Notes: generated from the sequence alone by a model not told the origin. Positions 13,256 to 25,684 are shown, counted from the first letter of the whole stretch. The stretch: 63,721 bases of DNA, filler included, from Octopus bimaculoides (GCF_001194135.2; 6 parts of 6 records of this genome joined end to end with filler, not necessarily neighbours in it), one strand, 5' to 3'. Numbers and translations: made by a program.

Positions 13256-13292
13256 ACAAACGCATACATAATATATATATATATATATATAT

Positions 13293-13392
13293 NNNNNNNN
13301 NNNNNNNNNNNNNNNNNNNNNNNNNNNNNNNNNNNNTTAATTAATTAANNNNNNNNNNNNNNNNNNNNNNNNNNNNNNNNNNNNNNNNNNNN
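13293..13392. other. Artificial scaffold linker (44 N + TTAATTAATTAA + 44 N)
   Basis: Exactly 100 nt; the 12-mer has stops in all six frames; the same construct occurs five times. Confidence 0.97.
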
Positions 13393-14167
13393 AAGCCTCT
13401 ATATATATACTACGTCATATATAAACAAACTTAAGTTTGTTTTTGAAGTACTGAAATGTATTGCGGTACAAGTAGAAAGATATATTTTTTCAACGTGTAA
13501 AATACTGATGTAACAGTATATATGGGATAATATCCCTTACAGAGCAGAAAAATATGACAGCAACTAGCCATGAGAATCAAACTCATATCCCTTTTGACAG
13601 TTTGTAGGGAATAAATGTTTGTGGATTGTATTTGAAAAAGATGTGTCGCTGTATTTTTTTGGTTGTTATCTTGGTGAAAGACAGTGTTAGAAATGGGAAG
13701 TGAACTTACAATTCCCGCCAATTAGAATGAGGTCATTGGTAACCATAGGTACATATATATGTGTAGATATATGTGTGTATTTATGTAGGATTGGTAGTCT
13801 GTCTGTTTATTTGACTCTCACTCTTTCTTTCTGTCTTTTTTCTTGGATTGTTTGTAAACGTTCGTAAGACAAAGTAGCAGTTGAAACGATTTGTAATGGT
13901 AGTAGAAAGAGGAAATTAGATTATATTAGAAGGGAAAATAGTTATGTATGTAGTTTTATCGATTTTTTTCGTAACTGGGAGTTATTTTGACAGGAAAAAT
14001 GACCCTATGACATAAGTTATGGTATTTAGAATATTAATTCTGATTTTTTCATCCACTAAATTTGGAATTTTGTAAATGTATGAATTTTAAACATGCATAC
14101 ACACAGAGAAAATATGCCTTTTATAGATAAGATAAGCATATATATATATATATATACACATATAAAA

Positions 14168-14238
<71 letters not shown>

Positions 14239-14305
14239 CATATATATTTCGTACTTTTCTCTAAAATAATTCTTACTTGTCTGCTCTGCCCCTTCAAATG
14301 ACTTT

Positions 14306-17300
14306 ATCGTGTCCGTTGTTGTGCCCACCCTTTCTCACCCCCACCACCAATACTGGAAATCTCTTTCTCTTATTAGACATCCAGTTGCCCTTTCTCTCTC
14401 TCTCTGCTTATATTTGTAATCTTGCTGCCCTTTCTTTTCTCTCCCCCACCCCATATCTGGACTAATTAAACCAGATAGTAGCCCACTTACCCTCTCCTTT
14501 TTTTTTTACATTTATATCTGTAGTATCAGTAATGCTTATGCCTACAATGCTTATGACGCTTATATTTACAATGCCCTAAACCTTTTCACATACAATGCTT
14601 CCTTACTCCTATCTTCCAGTAGAAGCAACAACCTTAACAATTCTAACAGGCTTGAATGATGGTAGGTTAAAAGCAAGAACAATATTATGATCACAGGAAC
14701 CTTCTTTTCAGGTGCTGAATAACATCTCTTCTTCCTATGTCACCTCCCATATTTCTTTCCAAGTTTTCAGAGTCAGCACTGTAACTGTAGGCACATTGAA
14801 AGGTAGGTCAAGCAAGATTGTAGAGATGCTTGAACGGGGACGTGTTGATGTATGTTGTGTACTAGAGGTAAAGTGGAGAGGAGCTTCAGTCAGAGCTCTC
14901 ACAAGCAAAGCACATAGGTATAAACGCTTCTGGGAAGGTAACAGTGATGGAATAGGAGGTGTGGGCATACTTCTTGCAGAGAAACGAGTGGATAAAGTCA
15001 TAGAGGTAGTGAGGGTGTGCGATAGAGTACTTAAACTCAGGCTAGTCTTGCAGAATGGTATAGCTACAATTATCTCTGCCTACACCCCACAAGCGGGCCT
15101 ACTAAATGAACAGTAGGATCACTTTTATGATATTCTTCTGCAGGCTACCTCAAAGTCGAGTAACAATGATCTCATCTTTGTAGCTGGAGATTTTAATGGG
15201 CATGTCGGTACCAGAAATGAAGAGGGAATTAGGCTCCTGGTATTCTGCAATGCAAATAACCTATTGAACTGCAACACCAACTTCAGGAAGCCAGCTAGCC
15301 ACTTCATAACCTATCAATCAGGTGACTCTGCTAGCCAGATTGATTTCATTCTCAGTAGACAGCAGGATGCATGATTGCTCTTAAATACAAAGACCCTCCC
15401 TTGTGAAGAAAGTACCCACCAGCATAGACTAGTTATTAGTGACTTTAGACTCAAGGCCAGAAGGATGCCAAAAAGCAGAACAATCTGGAAAAGAAGGACT
15501 TGGAAGCTTAAGAACCCTTCGCATGATCAGAGATTTAGGGATATCCTTACCGAGAAATTTGATGATAGGGAGGAGGAGCTACAGTCCTGTGACATAGAAG
15601 GCAGCTGGGAATTCCTGCAAGACAGCTTGCTGAGTGCCACAGACCAAATCTGTGGCTGGCGCAAAGTCCCTTCCTGACCTAGGGTAACATGGTGGTGGAA
15701 CAATACTGTAGACAGGACCATTAGAGCAAAGAAACAGGCTTGGGAGGCCTGGAAGAGTGAGGGTAGCAGGAGAATGTATCAGATGGCTAAAATTGAAGCT
15801 AGGACACAGGTATATATAGCCAAGGGAGAAGCAGAAAAAAAGAAGTTTGCCAATATTCAGTGACATGAAGACCAAAGAACTGAAGTATTTCGGATTGCAA
15901 GACAGTGTGTGAGAGAAAGCTGTGTTGTCATAGGAGAGAAATGAGTTTGCATAGATGATGGTGCCCTTGCGTTTAATGATTCTGCAAAGAAAGAGGCTTG
16001 GAGATGCCATTATGAAAGACTGCTGAATGTGGAGAATGAAGGGGAGGAGGAGAGTCTGCCAATGGTTTACCCAATTGAGGGACCAGCTACCAGAATCAAC
16101 AGTACCCCGGTAGATAAAGCAATTAAAGATGTGAAGATAGGAAAAGCGCCAGGACCATCAGGAATCACTGCTGAGATGCTTAAAATATCACCCGCATTGT
16201 AAATCAGGTAGTTCAATGAAGGAATCATACTCAATGACTGGTTTAGCAGCACCATAGTCAACTGCTACAAAGGTAAAGGTGATGCTTTAGATAGAAATAA
16301 CTACAGGGGTATCAAATTATTGGATCAGGTGATGAAAGTTATAGAGAGGGTCATAGTCCAACTAATTAGGAAGAGAGTTAGCCTACATGAGATGCAGTTT
16401 GGTCTTGTGCCAGGCAGAAGCACCACTGATGCTATATTTCTGGTAAGGTAACTGCAGGAGAAATATCTAGCCAAAGATAAATGTCTGTACTTGGCTTTTG
16501 CTGATTTGGAGAAAGCCTTTGACAGGGTCCCCGATCCCTTTTCCGGTGATCAATGTGGAAACTGGGGATAGACGAGTAGTTGGTAAAAGCTGTACAAGCC
16601 CTGTACAGGGATGCTGACAATAAGGTGAGGATTGGCAATGAGTATAGTGAAGAATTCCGAGTAGAAGTAGAGGTTCACCAAGGATCAGTCCTCAGCCCCC
16701 TCTTATTCATTATAGTCCTCCAGGCAATAACAGAGGAATTCAAGACAGGCTGCCCCTGGGAGGTCCTCTATGCTGATGACCTTGCTCTAATAGCTGAGTC
16801 ACTGCTAGAACTAGAGACGAAATTTACGGTGTGGAAGCAAGGTCTAGAATTGAAGGGCCTTAGGGCCTTAACCGAGTAAAAACCAAAGTCTTAGTAACCC
16901 CTTCAATTAGATGGACCTGCTCAATCTGTAGAAAAGGCGTGGGTATAAACTCCATACAATATACCCAGTGTAAGCTATGGGTACATAAAAGGTGCAATAA
17001 TATCAAAGGAAGCTTAACCAGAAAGATAGTTTTTGTGTATGCCAGATGCACAGGGCAATAAACACTGAAGATGTGAAGAAAACAGATTCCATCACATGCT
17101 TCTGCTACCTAGGTGACCAAGTCTGTAGTTGTGGTGGTGGTGGGTGGGTTGCTCTGAGAATGTAGCGGCTAGAATAAGAATAACCTGGGCAAGCTTCAGG
17201 GAGTTCTTATCTCAGTTGACAACTAAAGGCCTCTCACTCAGGATGAAAGGTAGACAGTATGATGCATGTGTGTGAACTGCAATGCAACACGGCAGTGAAA

Positions 17301-18192
17301 CATGGGCCATGACTGCTGAGGACATGTGTAGGCTTGAAAGAAATGAAGCTAGTATGATCCGCTGAATGTGTGATATCAGTGGGCATACACGACAGAGAGT
17401 AAGCACCCTGAGAGAAAAGTTGGGCATAAGAAACATCAAATGTGCTGTGCAAGAGAGACGACTGCACTGGTATGGTTATGTGTTATGTATGGATGAGGAC
17501 AGCTGTGAAGAAGTGCCACTCCCCAACTGTGGAAGGAACCTGTGGAAGAGGTAGACCCAGGAAGATGAGGTGGTGAAGCATGACTTTCGAACACTGGGCC
17601 TCACAGAGGTAATGACAGGAGACTGAGACCTTTGGAGATATGCTGTGATTGAGAAGACCCGGCAACTACAGTGAGATTGCAGCCATGCATGTCCAGTCCA
17701 GTTAAGAGTACTCCTGATGCATCAGGCGATATAATAATATGCTTGAGAAGACCTATTGAGTCAAATAAAACCAATATTGTAGCTGTGGCCAGTGCCCGCT
17801 GACTGGCTCCTGTGACAGTGGCACGTAAAAAGCACCATCCAAACGTGGCTGATGCCAGTACACCCTCACTGGCTCCCGTGCTGGTGGCACATAAAAAGCA
17901 GTATTTGAACGTGATCAATGCCAGGACCACCTGACTGGCTGCCATGCCGATGGCATGTAAAAAGTACTATCCGAACATGATGAATGCCAGGCCCCCTGAC
18001 TGGCTCTGTGCCGGTGGCACATAACAAGCAGCCACTACACTCTTGGAGTGGTTGGCATTAGGAAGGGCATCCATCTGTAGAAACATTGCCAGATCAGATT
18101 GGAGCCTGGTGCAGCTGCTGGCTCTCCAGACCTCAGTCAAACCGTCCAACCCATACCAGCATGGAAAACGGATGTTAAATGATGATGATGAT
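14306..18192 (+). mobile_element. Near-full-length RTE-clade LINE (~3.9 kb), inactivated
   Basis: APE endonuclease then RT in fragmented ORFs, a 3' UTR with tandem units, and a (GAT)n tail. Candidate 9-bp TSD AATGACTTT at 14297-14305 and 18193-18201; the 5' boundary rests on that TSD. Confidence 0.93.
14760..17674 (+). pseudogene. RTE ORF remnant: AP endonuclease + reverse transcriptase
   Basis: VDVCCVLEVKWRG, GGVGILLAEK, ISAYTPQAG, VAGDFNGHVG, QIDFIL; NNYRGIKLLDQVMKV, FADLEKAFDRVP, HQGSVLSPLLFIIVL, LYADDLAL, RRLHWYGYV; many stops/frameshifts. Confidence 0.93.
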
Positions 18193-18329
18193 AATGACTT
18201 TCAGAGTTTAAACAATTTTCTGAAACCAAAGCTAACTGTGGCTTCCTATAATGATGGCCACAATAATAATAGTTGGCCCAGGGAGAATATAACCAGGTTA
18301 GAGCTGGTTATTTGTAACTGGGGTGACCC

Positions 18330-18885
18330 TTTACATGAAAATCTCAACTAAACACACTTCGGGAGTAAACCCTGTAGAAAATCACCCATTCTTTGCAATG
18401 ATAGAAATTAATATTTATCCAGATAATGGTGTGAACAGGAAGACTCCCCAGGGAGTCCAAGACACTGGAGCTCCCACATCTGGCAGAGGCCTCTTGGAGA
18501 GCAATGGAGTGAAAGTCCAGGCTCCACCTTGTCATGGTCCCTTTACTGGTCAAAATACGTAGTGTACTTGCAAACACAAGTAGTCTACTGATATAAACGA
18601 AAAAGCAATAGAGTGTTTCTTAACAAAGGGTTTCTTAATGAAACCCAAATTCAGACAATCAGAAAATACCTCTATAATCACGATAACCGTGAGCAGGATA
18701 ATGTAGGTGAAGGTGAAAGTGTAGTAGAGGAGAGGGACTTGTGTTAAGGAACAGAAAAGAATGAGTATAATGTAGAGGACTCTATAATAACAGAGGATAT
18801 GACCGAGGAACAGAGGGACCTAATGATAAGACTCAAAGAAAAAATTATTACAAGAACAAAGATTGAACTGGTCACTTTGAGATGC
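18330..18885 (+). mobile_element. Probable 5' part of an R4/Dong-clade element
   Basis: Decayed frame gives KGFLNETQIQTIRK..MTEEQRDLMIRLKE..LVTLR, resembling R4/Dong N-termini; RT pieces of the same clade lie at 23.9-25.7 kb. Confidence 0.5.
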
Positions 18886-18888
18886 TTT

Positions 18889-19120
18889 CATCATCATCAT
18901 CATCATCATCGTTTAATGTCTGCTTTCCATGCTAGCATGGGCTGGACGATTTGACTGAGGACTGGCGAACCAGATGGCTGCACCAGGCTCCAATCTGATC
19001 TGGCAGATTTTCTACAACTGGATGCCCTTCTTAATGCCAACCACTCCGAGAGTGTAGTGCGTGCTTTTATGTGCCACTGGCACAAGGGTCAGTCAGGCGG
19101 TAACTGGCAATGGCCACACT
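18889..19120 (-). mobile_element. RTE 3'-tail copy (short truncated insertion or tail-derived SINE)
   Basis: Reverse complement of 17990-18192, with a (CAT)n tail at the left end. Confidence 0.88.
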
Positions 19121-19260
19121 CAAGAGCAGAGATTGAGGTTTGCTGGCCACTGCTGGAGAAGTAAAGAACTTGTGAGTAATGTGTTGCTGTGGATACCAAA
19201 TCATGGTACTACAGTGGCTGGAAGACCATGGAAGACATATATATAACGGCTTGCAGAAGA
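19120..19260 (+). mobile_element. RTE (second family) C-terminal fragment
   Basis: QEQRLRFAGHCWRSKELVSNVLLWIPNHG..GRPWKTYI; same family as 31050-31140. Confidence 0.75.
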
Positions 19261-19583
19261 TTTAGATTTCTACTTTGTATCTTTATTTAGTTGTTCTGTT
19301 TGGTATTTGAAATTTGAAATTTCACTCTGTTTTCTTAATGCTTAACTAATGTTTTAGTATTCATAAATTTTGATGGTTTACAGTGCTTCTTTATCATTAA
19401 TGTAGCATGAATAGACCTTTTGAGGTAAGTTGCTGCCATACTATAAAACAATGAGTTTTTGATTGTTTTCCAATAAGACCAATAAAAATTTTACTAAATT
19501 TTCAGACAAGTTCTCTACTTACTTGCAGGAGTTGTTCTCTTTATTTTTTGTATTCAGAAGTTCATTCTGTTATCTTCCTTGTC

Positions 19584-21545
19584 TCATCATCATCATCATC
19601 ATCATTTAACATCCGTTGTCCGTGCTAGCATGAGTTGGACAGTTTGATCAAGGATGGTAAACTGAGGGGCTGTGCCAGGCTCCAGTTTGATTTGGTATGG
19701 TTTCTATGGCTGGATGCTCTTCCTAATGCCAACCACTACAAGAGTGTTATGGGTGCTTTTACATACCAGTTGTGTGATACTAGTATCTGCCATGACTACA
19801 ATTTCACTTGGCTTGATGGGTTTTCTTCTCAAGCAGGGCATATTGCCAAAGGTCAAAGTCATTTGTCATTGACTCTGTGAGGCCCAATACTCAAAAGGTG
19901 TTTTTTACGTGCCCCCAGCATGGATGCCAGTTATGCAACACCAGCATCAGCCATGACTGTAATTTCACTTGGCTTGATGGGTCTTCTCAAGCATGGCATA
20001 TTGCCAAAGGTCTTGGTCACTAGTCATTGCTTCTGTGACGCCCAACGTTTGAAGATCATGCTTCACCACCTCATCCCATATCTTCCTGGGTCTGCCTCTT
20101 CCATAGGTTCCCTCCACAGTTAGAGATTGGCACTTCTTTACATAGCTGTTCTTGTCCATATGCATCACATGACCATACCAGTGCAGTTGTCTCTCTTCCA
20201 CACCACATCTGATGCCTCTTATGTCCAACTTTTCTCTCGGTGCTTACACTGTTGTACATGTATGCTGACACTGCACATCCAGCGAAGCATGCTAGCTTCA
20301 TTTCTTTCAAGTCTAGTCATGTCCTTGGTGGTCACAGCCCGTTTCATTCACTACTGTGTAGCATGGCTGTTTGCACACAGGTATTATACAGTGTGCCTTT
20401 CACTCTGAAGGAAAGGCCCTTGTTGCCAACAAAAGCAGGAGCCCTCTGAACTTTTCAATAGGTTGAACTTCGTTCAGCCTATTCTTATTCTTGTAGCTAT
20501 GCTCTCAGAGCATCCACCTTTGCTATTGACTTGGTCACCTAGATAATGAAAGCTAGCAACTACTACTAGCTTGCCTACCGATATGATGGAATCTAATTTC
20601 TGTACATTTTTAGTGTTTATTGTACCTGTTCACCTTCCACACACAAAAACTATTTTCCCCAGTTAACCTTCCTCTGATATTGCTGCAGCTCTTATGTGTC
20701 CATAGCTTACACCAGGTACATCTTATGGAATTTCTACCTACACCTTTCCTACAGATCGAGCAGGGCCATCTACCTGAAGGGATTTATGATTTGTCTGCCT
20801 TCCTACTTACTGACTCTAAGGCCCTTGGATTCTACACCTTGCATCCACATCTGAAACTTCTTCTGGTAGTGATTCAGCTATAAGAATAAGGTCATCTGCA
20901 TAGAGGAACTCTCAGGGGCAGCCTGTTTTAAATTCCTCTGTTATTGCCTGGAGGACTATGATGAACAAGAGGGGGCTGAAGACTGATCCTTGGTGAACCC
21001 CTACTTCTACCCTAAATTCAGCGCTATACTTGTTGCTAATCTTCACTTTACTGACAACAACTCTGTACATGCATCTACCAACCACTCGTCTATCACTAGT
21101 TTCCATATTGATCACCAAGTAAAGGATTGGGGGACCCTGTCAAAGGCTTTCTCCATGTCAATAGAAGCCAAGTACATAGGTTTATCTTGGCAAGGTACTT
21201 CTCTTGCAGTTGCCTTACCAGAAATATAGCATCAGTGATGCTTCTCTCTGGCACAAAACCAAACTGCATCTCAAGACTAACCCTCTCCCTAATTAGTTGG
21301 GCTATGACCCTCTCCATAACTTTCATCACCTGACCCAACAATTTGATACCTCTGTAATTATTTCTGTCTAAGCCACCACCTTAGCCTTTGTAGCAGTTGA
21401 CTATGGTGCTGCTACACCAGTCATTGGGTATGACTCCTTCATATACAACCTAATTACCTATATGGGTGACTAGACCATAACTCACACCACCAGATATTTT
21501 AAGCAGTGTTTTAATGTTCATAAAGTCAGACAATTTTCCCAGCAT
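19584..21545 (-). mobile_element. 5'-truncated, internally deleted RTE LINE, same family as 14306-18192
   Basis: NYRGIKLLGQVM, MQFGFVPERSITDAIFLVRQLQEK, VHQGSVFSPLLFIIVL, GRGRPRKIWDEVV; (CAT)n tail at 19584-19604; ~125-bp duplication of the ORF end/3' UTR (about 19775-19900 vs 19933-20057). Confidence 0.92.
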
Positions 21546-21845
21546 TGCATCAATTATAAGTAATTTCAATGCTACTTCAGCATATAGTGTACTGCAATAT
21601 CTATTGTCTGTGCTGTGAAATTACTGATTGAAAACGCATATCTACATAAGAAATGATGTTCTTCATGAATGTCTGCAGTGAATCATACTTGTATAATATT
21701 TTGGGAGTGATAAATATAACTTTCTTATTTTCCTGTTATTCTGGCAATTTTTTTTTACTTCCTCATCCTCTAATTATCAACTTTCATCAGGTAACTTTTT
21801 CAACAATAACTGTCATTATTAACAGGTCGGGTGCTCCAGTAATAA

Positions 21846-22636
21846 CACTGGCCAACAAATTCTAAATTTTTTTCTGCTGACCTAAGTTTGAGACCTGTTT
21901 TTGGATAATTTAGGCTCACTGAGTTTTAAAATGGCAACTGTTTTTTTTTCTCACATCAAGTTAGGGTTTCAGAAATTTCTCGATGTATTTTTTGTAGGGC
22001 ATGTTAGCAGTAAGAGTCTCAGTGTTAGTTGAGTGTTCAGTGAGTGAGATTCTAACACTGTCAGCCTGGAAAATGTAACTGTGTAGAAGTGTGCTTCCTA
22101 ATAACTGTGTGCTCCAACACTCGGCCATCTTAATCTGCATTAATCTCTTCTTACTAACAACTATACAAAAGATATCATAGTTAAACATTTCTGTTGAATA
22201 TTTATTTTATCTATGCATTTAGACACCTATTTAGACAAACCTTGATATATAAATACGTTCTGTATTAATTTTTCTCTTTTCACATTTATTTCATGAAGTA
22301 ATGAAGGGGCTCAGTAGCATGGCGTCACTGCAAAAGAAATGTTTGAATTCCCCTGACTCTTTTTGTTATATATGCAGGTGTTTTACTATACCAAGTCAAA
22401 GAATGAACCTCAGTAACTTTGTGAAAAGATCCTACTTGGTTTACTTTAAGATTGAAGTTGGTGGACAGAATAAATTGTGGGCCCTGAACAATGTATGTAA
22501 ACCCTGCATCAAAAATCTATGCCAATGGACAAAGGGCCCAAGGAAACAACTAATATTTGGCATTCCTATGGTATGGTGGGAGCCAAAGAACCATGTAAAC
22601 AATTGCTACTTTTGTCTCACAAAGACTTCTGGATAT
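21846..22636 (+). mobile_element. Chapaev3 (CMC superfamily) DNA transposon, left end and transposase N-terminus
   Basis: Starts TAA|CACTGGCCAACAAATTCTAAA (CAC terminus, TWA-type flank). The ORF from 22319, MASLQKKCLNSPDSFCYIC..YF..WA..VCKPC..W..GIPMVWWEPKNHVNNCYFC, has the Chapa zinc-finger pattern. It is cut off by a SINE head at 22637; no right TIR found. Confidence 0.8.
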
Positions 22637-22674
22637 AGGTGCAGGAGTGGCTATGTGGTAAGTAGCTTGCTTAC
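22637..22674 (+). mobile_element. SINE family B head only
   Basis: GGTGCAGGAGTGGCTATGTGGTAAGTAGCTTGCTTACC. Confidence 0.8.
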
Positions 22675-22747
22675 CTCTGTTTTGGAGAGTGCTTCTGCTA
22701 ACTGTTCCTACCATTTTGTTCTTACTTTGGAGCAAGTAAGACGTGCC

Positions 22748-23125
22748 TTGTTATTGTGAATTAACTGTTTGTATTCATTGGAGTACTGTCTTTGTGGATT
22801 TATGCGTTTTTTGGATTTTTTATGCTTCCCTATCAGGAAGGTAAGGTGAAAAACCTTCTTAACTTTAATTGTGCAATTGAAACTTTTTCTTCAAGCCATT
22901 GTAGGCTTTTTCTTGTGCCATGCCCCACCAAGGATGGGGGGCAGGGGGCAAGATTTGTTGTTATTGTGAATTAACTGTTTGTGTTCGTTGGAGTACCATT
23001 TTTGTAGATTTACATGTGCTTTGGATTTTTTTACATTTCTCTATCAAAGGTAAGGCAAAAAACTTATTTGTGTAATTGAAACTTTTTACAAGCCGTTGTA
23101 GGTTTTTACCTTGTGCCACGTCCCC
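22748..23125 (+). repeat. Diverged tandem duplication, ~210-bp period, two units
   Basis: TTGTTATTGTGAATTAACTGTTTG at 22748 and 22958; both units end CTTGTGCCA..CCCC. Confidence 0.85.
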
Positions 23126-23154
23126 TATAAAATAAGTAAGTCTCTTACTTCAGG

Positions 23155-23297
23155 TCCAAACTAAAAGAATTTTGTACAGATGGCACTAAAAAGCTTCTTG
23201 TCAGATGGGATGAGCTCACTGAAAACAATCTCCATTAACTACTCTTTCATTTTGAAAGTTTTTAGGAAATTGAACAGAACTTTCATTACAGCCTGAG
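23155..23297 (+). mobile_element. Mariner transposase C-terminal remnant
   Basis: KEFCTDGTKKLLVRWDELTENN resembles FYxxGIxKLxxRWxxVxxxxG; followed by a TIR-like GAACTTTCATTACAGCCT. Confidence 0.45.
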
Positions 23298-23904
23298 ATG
23301 AGTGTGTATGTACGTTCTGAACATCACTTAGTTGCAAGTAGTTTGTTTACATTCCCTCACAAATTGTCCGTTAGATCTGTGCTTACTAAGATGTATGGAA
23401 TAAAACATCCTTTACTCAAAAAACCAGACAAGAACATCCAGCTAAAAACCAATGCCTCAATAATAGATATTTGTCTACCCCATGCTAGCATGGAAAAATA
23501 GATGAACAAACAATCAAGTATGGCAATCTGTTTCTGCCACCTGATTCTTAATTAATGAGGACAATAATGTTGTAAGCACAATGCCACACAGTGGTTACAG
23601 TCTTTAGACCAAGCTAGGGCTGATCCTTAATGGCTATAATATCATTTGAACTCAGAATGTAAAACGCAATAGCTAAATACTGCAAAGCATTTTGTGTGTC
23701 ACTGTTCTTACCACCTTTCAGCTTCTTCACAACAACAATTATAATTCTTTCTAGTTTTTGCACAAGGCCAACAATTGTGAGGAGAAGCTGGATTTTAAAG
23801 GCATTAAATATATTCAAGATCTCTCCTCTTGCAAAAAGGTTTTCTGTAATATACTATGGAACAGTGGAACATGAAATTGTTTTTCAACCACAAGAAAGGT
23901 TGAA

Positions 23905-24715
23905 TGTGTCAAAGAATGTCAAAATAAATTGTGAAATATTCCAGGGGCAATTCACTCTCCCCTATTTTTTTCTGTCTTTCCCTTATTCCCTTGCCCCATG
24001 AGTTGAATAGCACAAATTACAGGTACAAAATGTTTAATAAGATCATCTCACACTTGTTCTACAGGGATGATCCAAAATTATATACAAAAGACGACAAGGA
24101 TCTGAAAGGGCCACTGATAACACTGAAAAGATTCAGTGATGATGTTAGTATGGAATTTGGCCAAAAGCTACATTCAAACATGGTAAACTGACAGCTAATA
24201 CCTTGACCCAACTTGATAATGATACAACTATCAAGGATCTGAATCAAGAAGGCTTTTATAAGTATCATGGAGTAAACAAATGGAAAGGTATTCAGCACAG
24301 GTCAATGAAAGAGAAGATCAGGGAAAAATATTATAGACGTGTCAGAATGGTCCTGAATACTGAGCTGAACTCCCAGAATAGAATTGCAGTTACAAACTCC
24401 TTGCTGGTACCAGTTGTCCAGTATAGCCTTAATGTCATCAACTGGAATTTGAGAGAACTCTAACACATGGACATAAAGACCAAGGAACTGCTGACATTAA
24501 ACAGGATGCAACACCCACAATTAGATGTCCAAAGGCTCTATCTCCCATGAAAGGAGGGTAGTAAAGGACTAATCCAACTTGAAACATCCAATAAAATGAT
24601 CACAATAGGACTCCAAATGTACATCTAAAGTAAAACCCAACTAGATGCTACAGCTGGTATTACAACATGAACAGCCTAAGAAACTGCACTCAATCTCATA
24701 AGAGGTATATAAATA
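23905..24715 (+). mobile_element. R4/Dong-clade LINE fragment A (RT 3' half and post-RT)
   Basis: EIFQG..LSPIFFCLSLIPL..ISHLFYRDDPKLY..FSDDVSMEFG..LNSQNRIAVTNSLLVPVVQYS..HPQLDVQRLYLP. Confidence 0.9.
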
Positions 24716-25683
24716 CTGAAGAAACAAATGAACCAAAAAACTATAGACCTATAACCTGCTTAACAACTATGTATAAGATATTAACATCTGTCATGACCGA
24801 ATGTATATATAACTTAATAGAAAATGGCATCTTCTCTAATGAGTAAAAAAGCTGTAACTGTGGGTCCTACCGTTACAAAGATCAGCATCTCCTCAATAAG
24901 ATGATTTTTGGAAGATTATTGCAAACGGTACAAGAACCTGTCAATAGCCTGGATAGACTTTAAAAATGCTTTTGATAGTCTACCATATAGCCAGACTGAG
25001 AAATGTTTTGAAACTTATAAAATAGCATCTACTCTACAAAACCTCTTATCTGTAAGTATGAAATCACACAAAAATCACCCTGATTTTGAATAGTGAGAAT
25101 GAATCTTTGAATGCTAATGTTAAAATTTCATGTATTTTCCAAGGTGACTCTCTGTCACCACTCCTTTGTCTAGCTCTAATACATCTTTCCAAATTGCTCA
25201 AAGAAGCAGTGTGACTCTAAAATTTCTGATAAAACTAAGTAAATCATCTTTTTTTAGATGGATAATTTAAAGGTCTTTATGAAAAATGACCGGCAACTGC
25301 AAAGCTTATTAGCAGTTGTAAAACAGTTTAGTCATGACATCAGGATGGAATTTGGTTTTGATAAGTGTGCAAAAGCCACCTTCATCAGAGGGAAACTGGG
25401 CTAAATATTCAACATTGAACTTGATTAACAGACTGTTATAAAGGAGTTAAAACCAGAGGAGGGATACAAATATCTAGTGGGTATATGAAGGTGATGGAAT
25501 CAAACACTCAATAATAAGGGAAAGGATCAGAAAAGAATGTAATCACAAGTTAAAGGCAATACACAAAACAGCTAAATGAAAGAAACAGGATCTGCGGGCT
25601 TGATAGAAAAATCTGAAAATTGTTGACAATGAATAGAATGCACCACCCTAAAGCAGATGTGGAACAACTTTACTTGCCAAGAA
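24716..25683 (+). mobile_element. R4/Dong-clade LINE fragment B (RT), directly abutting fragment A
   Basis: PKNYRPITCLTTMYKILT..AWIDFKNAFDSLP..IFQGDSLSPLL..MDNLKVF..MEFGFDKCAK..HPKADVEQLYLPR; restarts upstream of where A ends. Confidence 0.9.
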
Positions 25684-25684
25684 A

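Noticed and set aside
13423-13442. 20-bp perfect palindrome AAACAAACTTAAGTTTGTTT
   Set aside because: AT-rich, isolated, no associated element; kept only as a note.
13540-13712. Minus-strand splice-like signals and a 96-aa ORF
   Set aside because: Two of the three frames between acceptor and donor have stops, and the open one is not protein-like.
14712-15116. 134-aa ORF that could be annotated as a host endonuclease/'craniofacial development protein 2-like' gene
   Set aside because: It is the AP-endonuclease of the decayed RTE element.
18957-18985. CTGAGGA followed by a CTGG/CCAG hairpin, hammerhead-like start
   Set aside because: No GAAA or stem III/I follows; it is the antisense of an RTE tail.
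22301-22759. 152-aa ORF as an intact host zinc-finger gene
   Set aside because: Transposase N-terminus read through into a SINE head and unrelated sequence.
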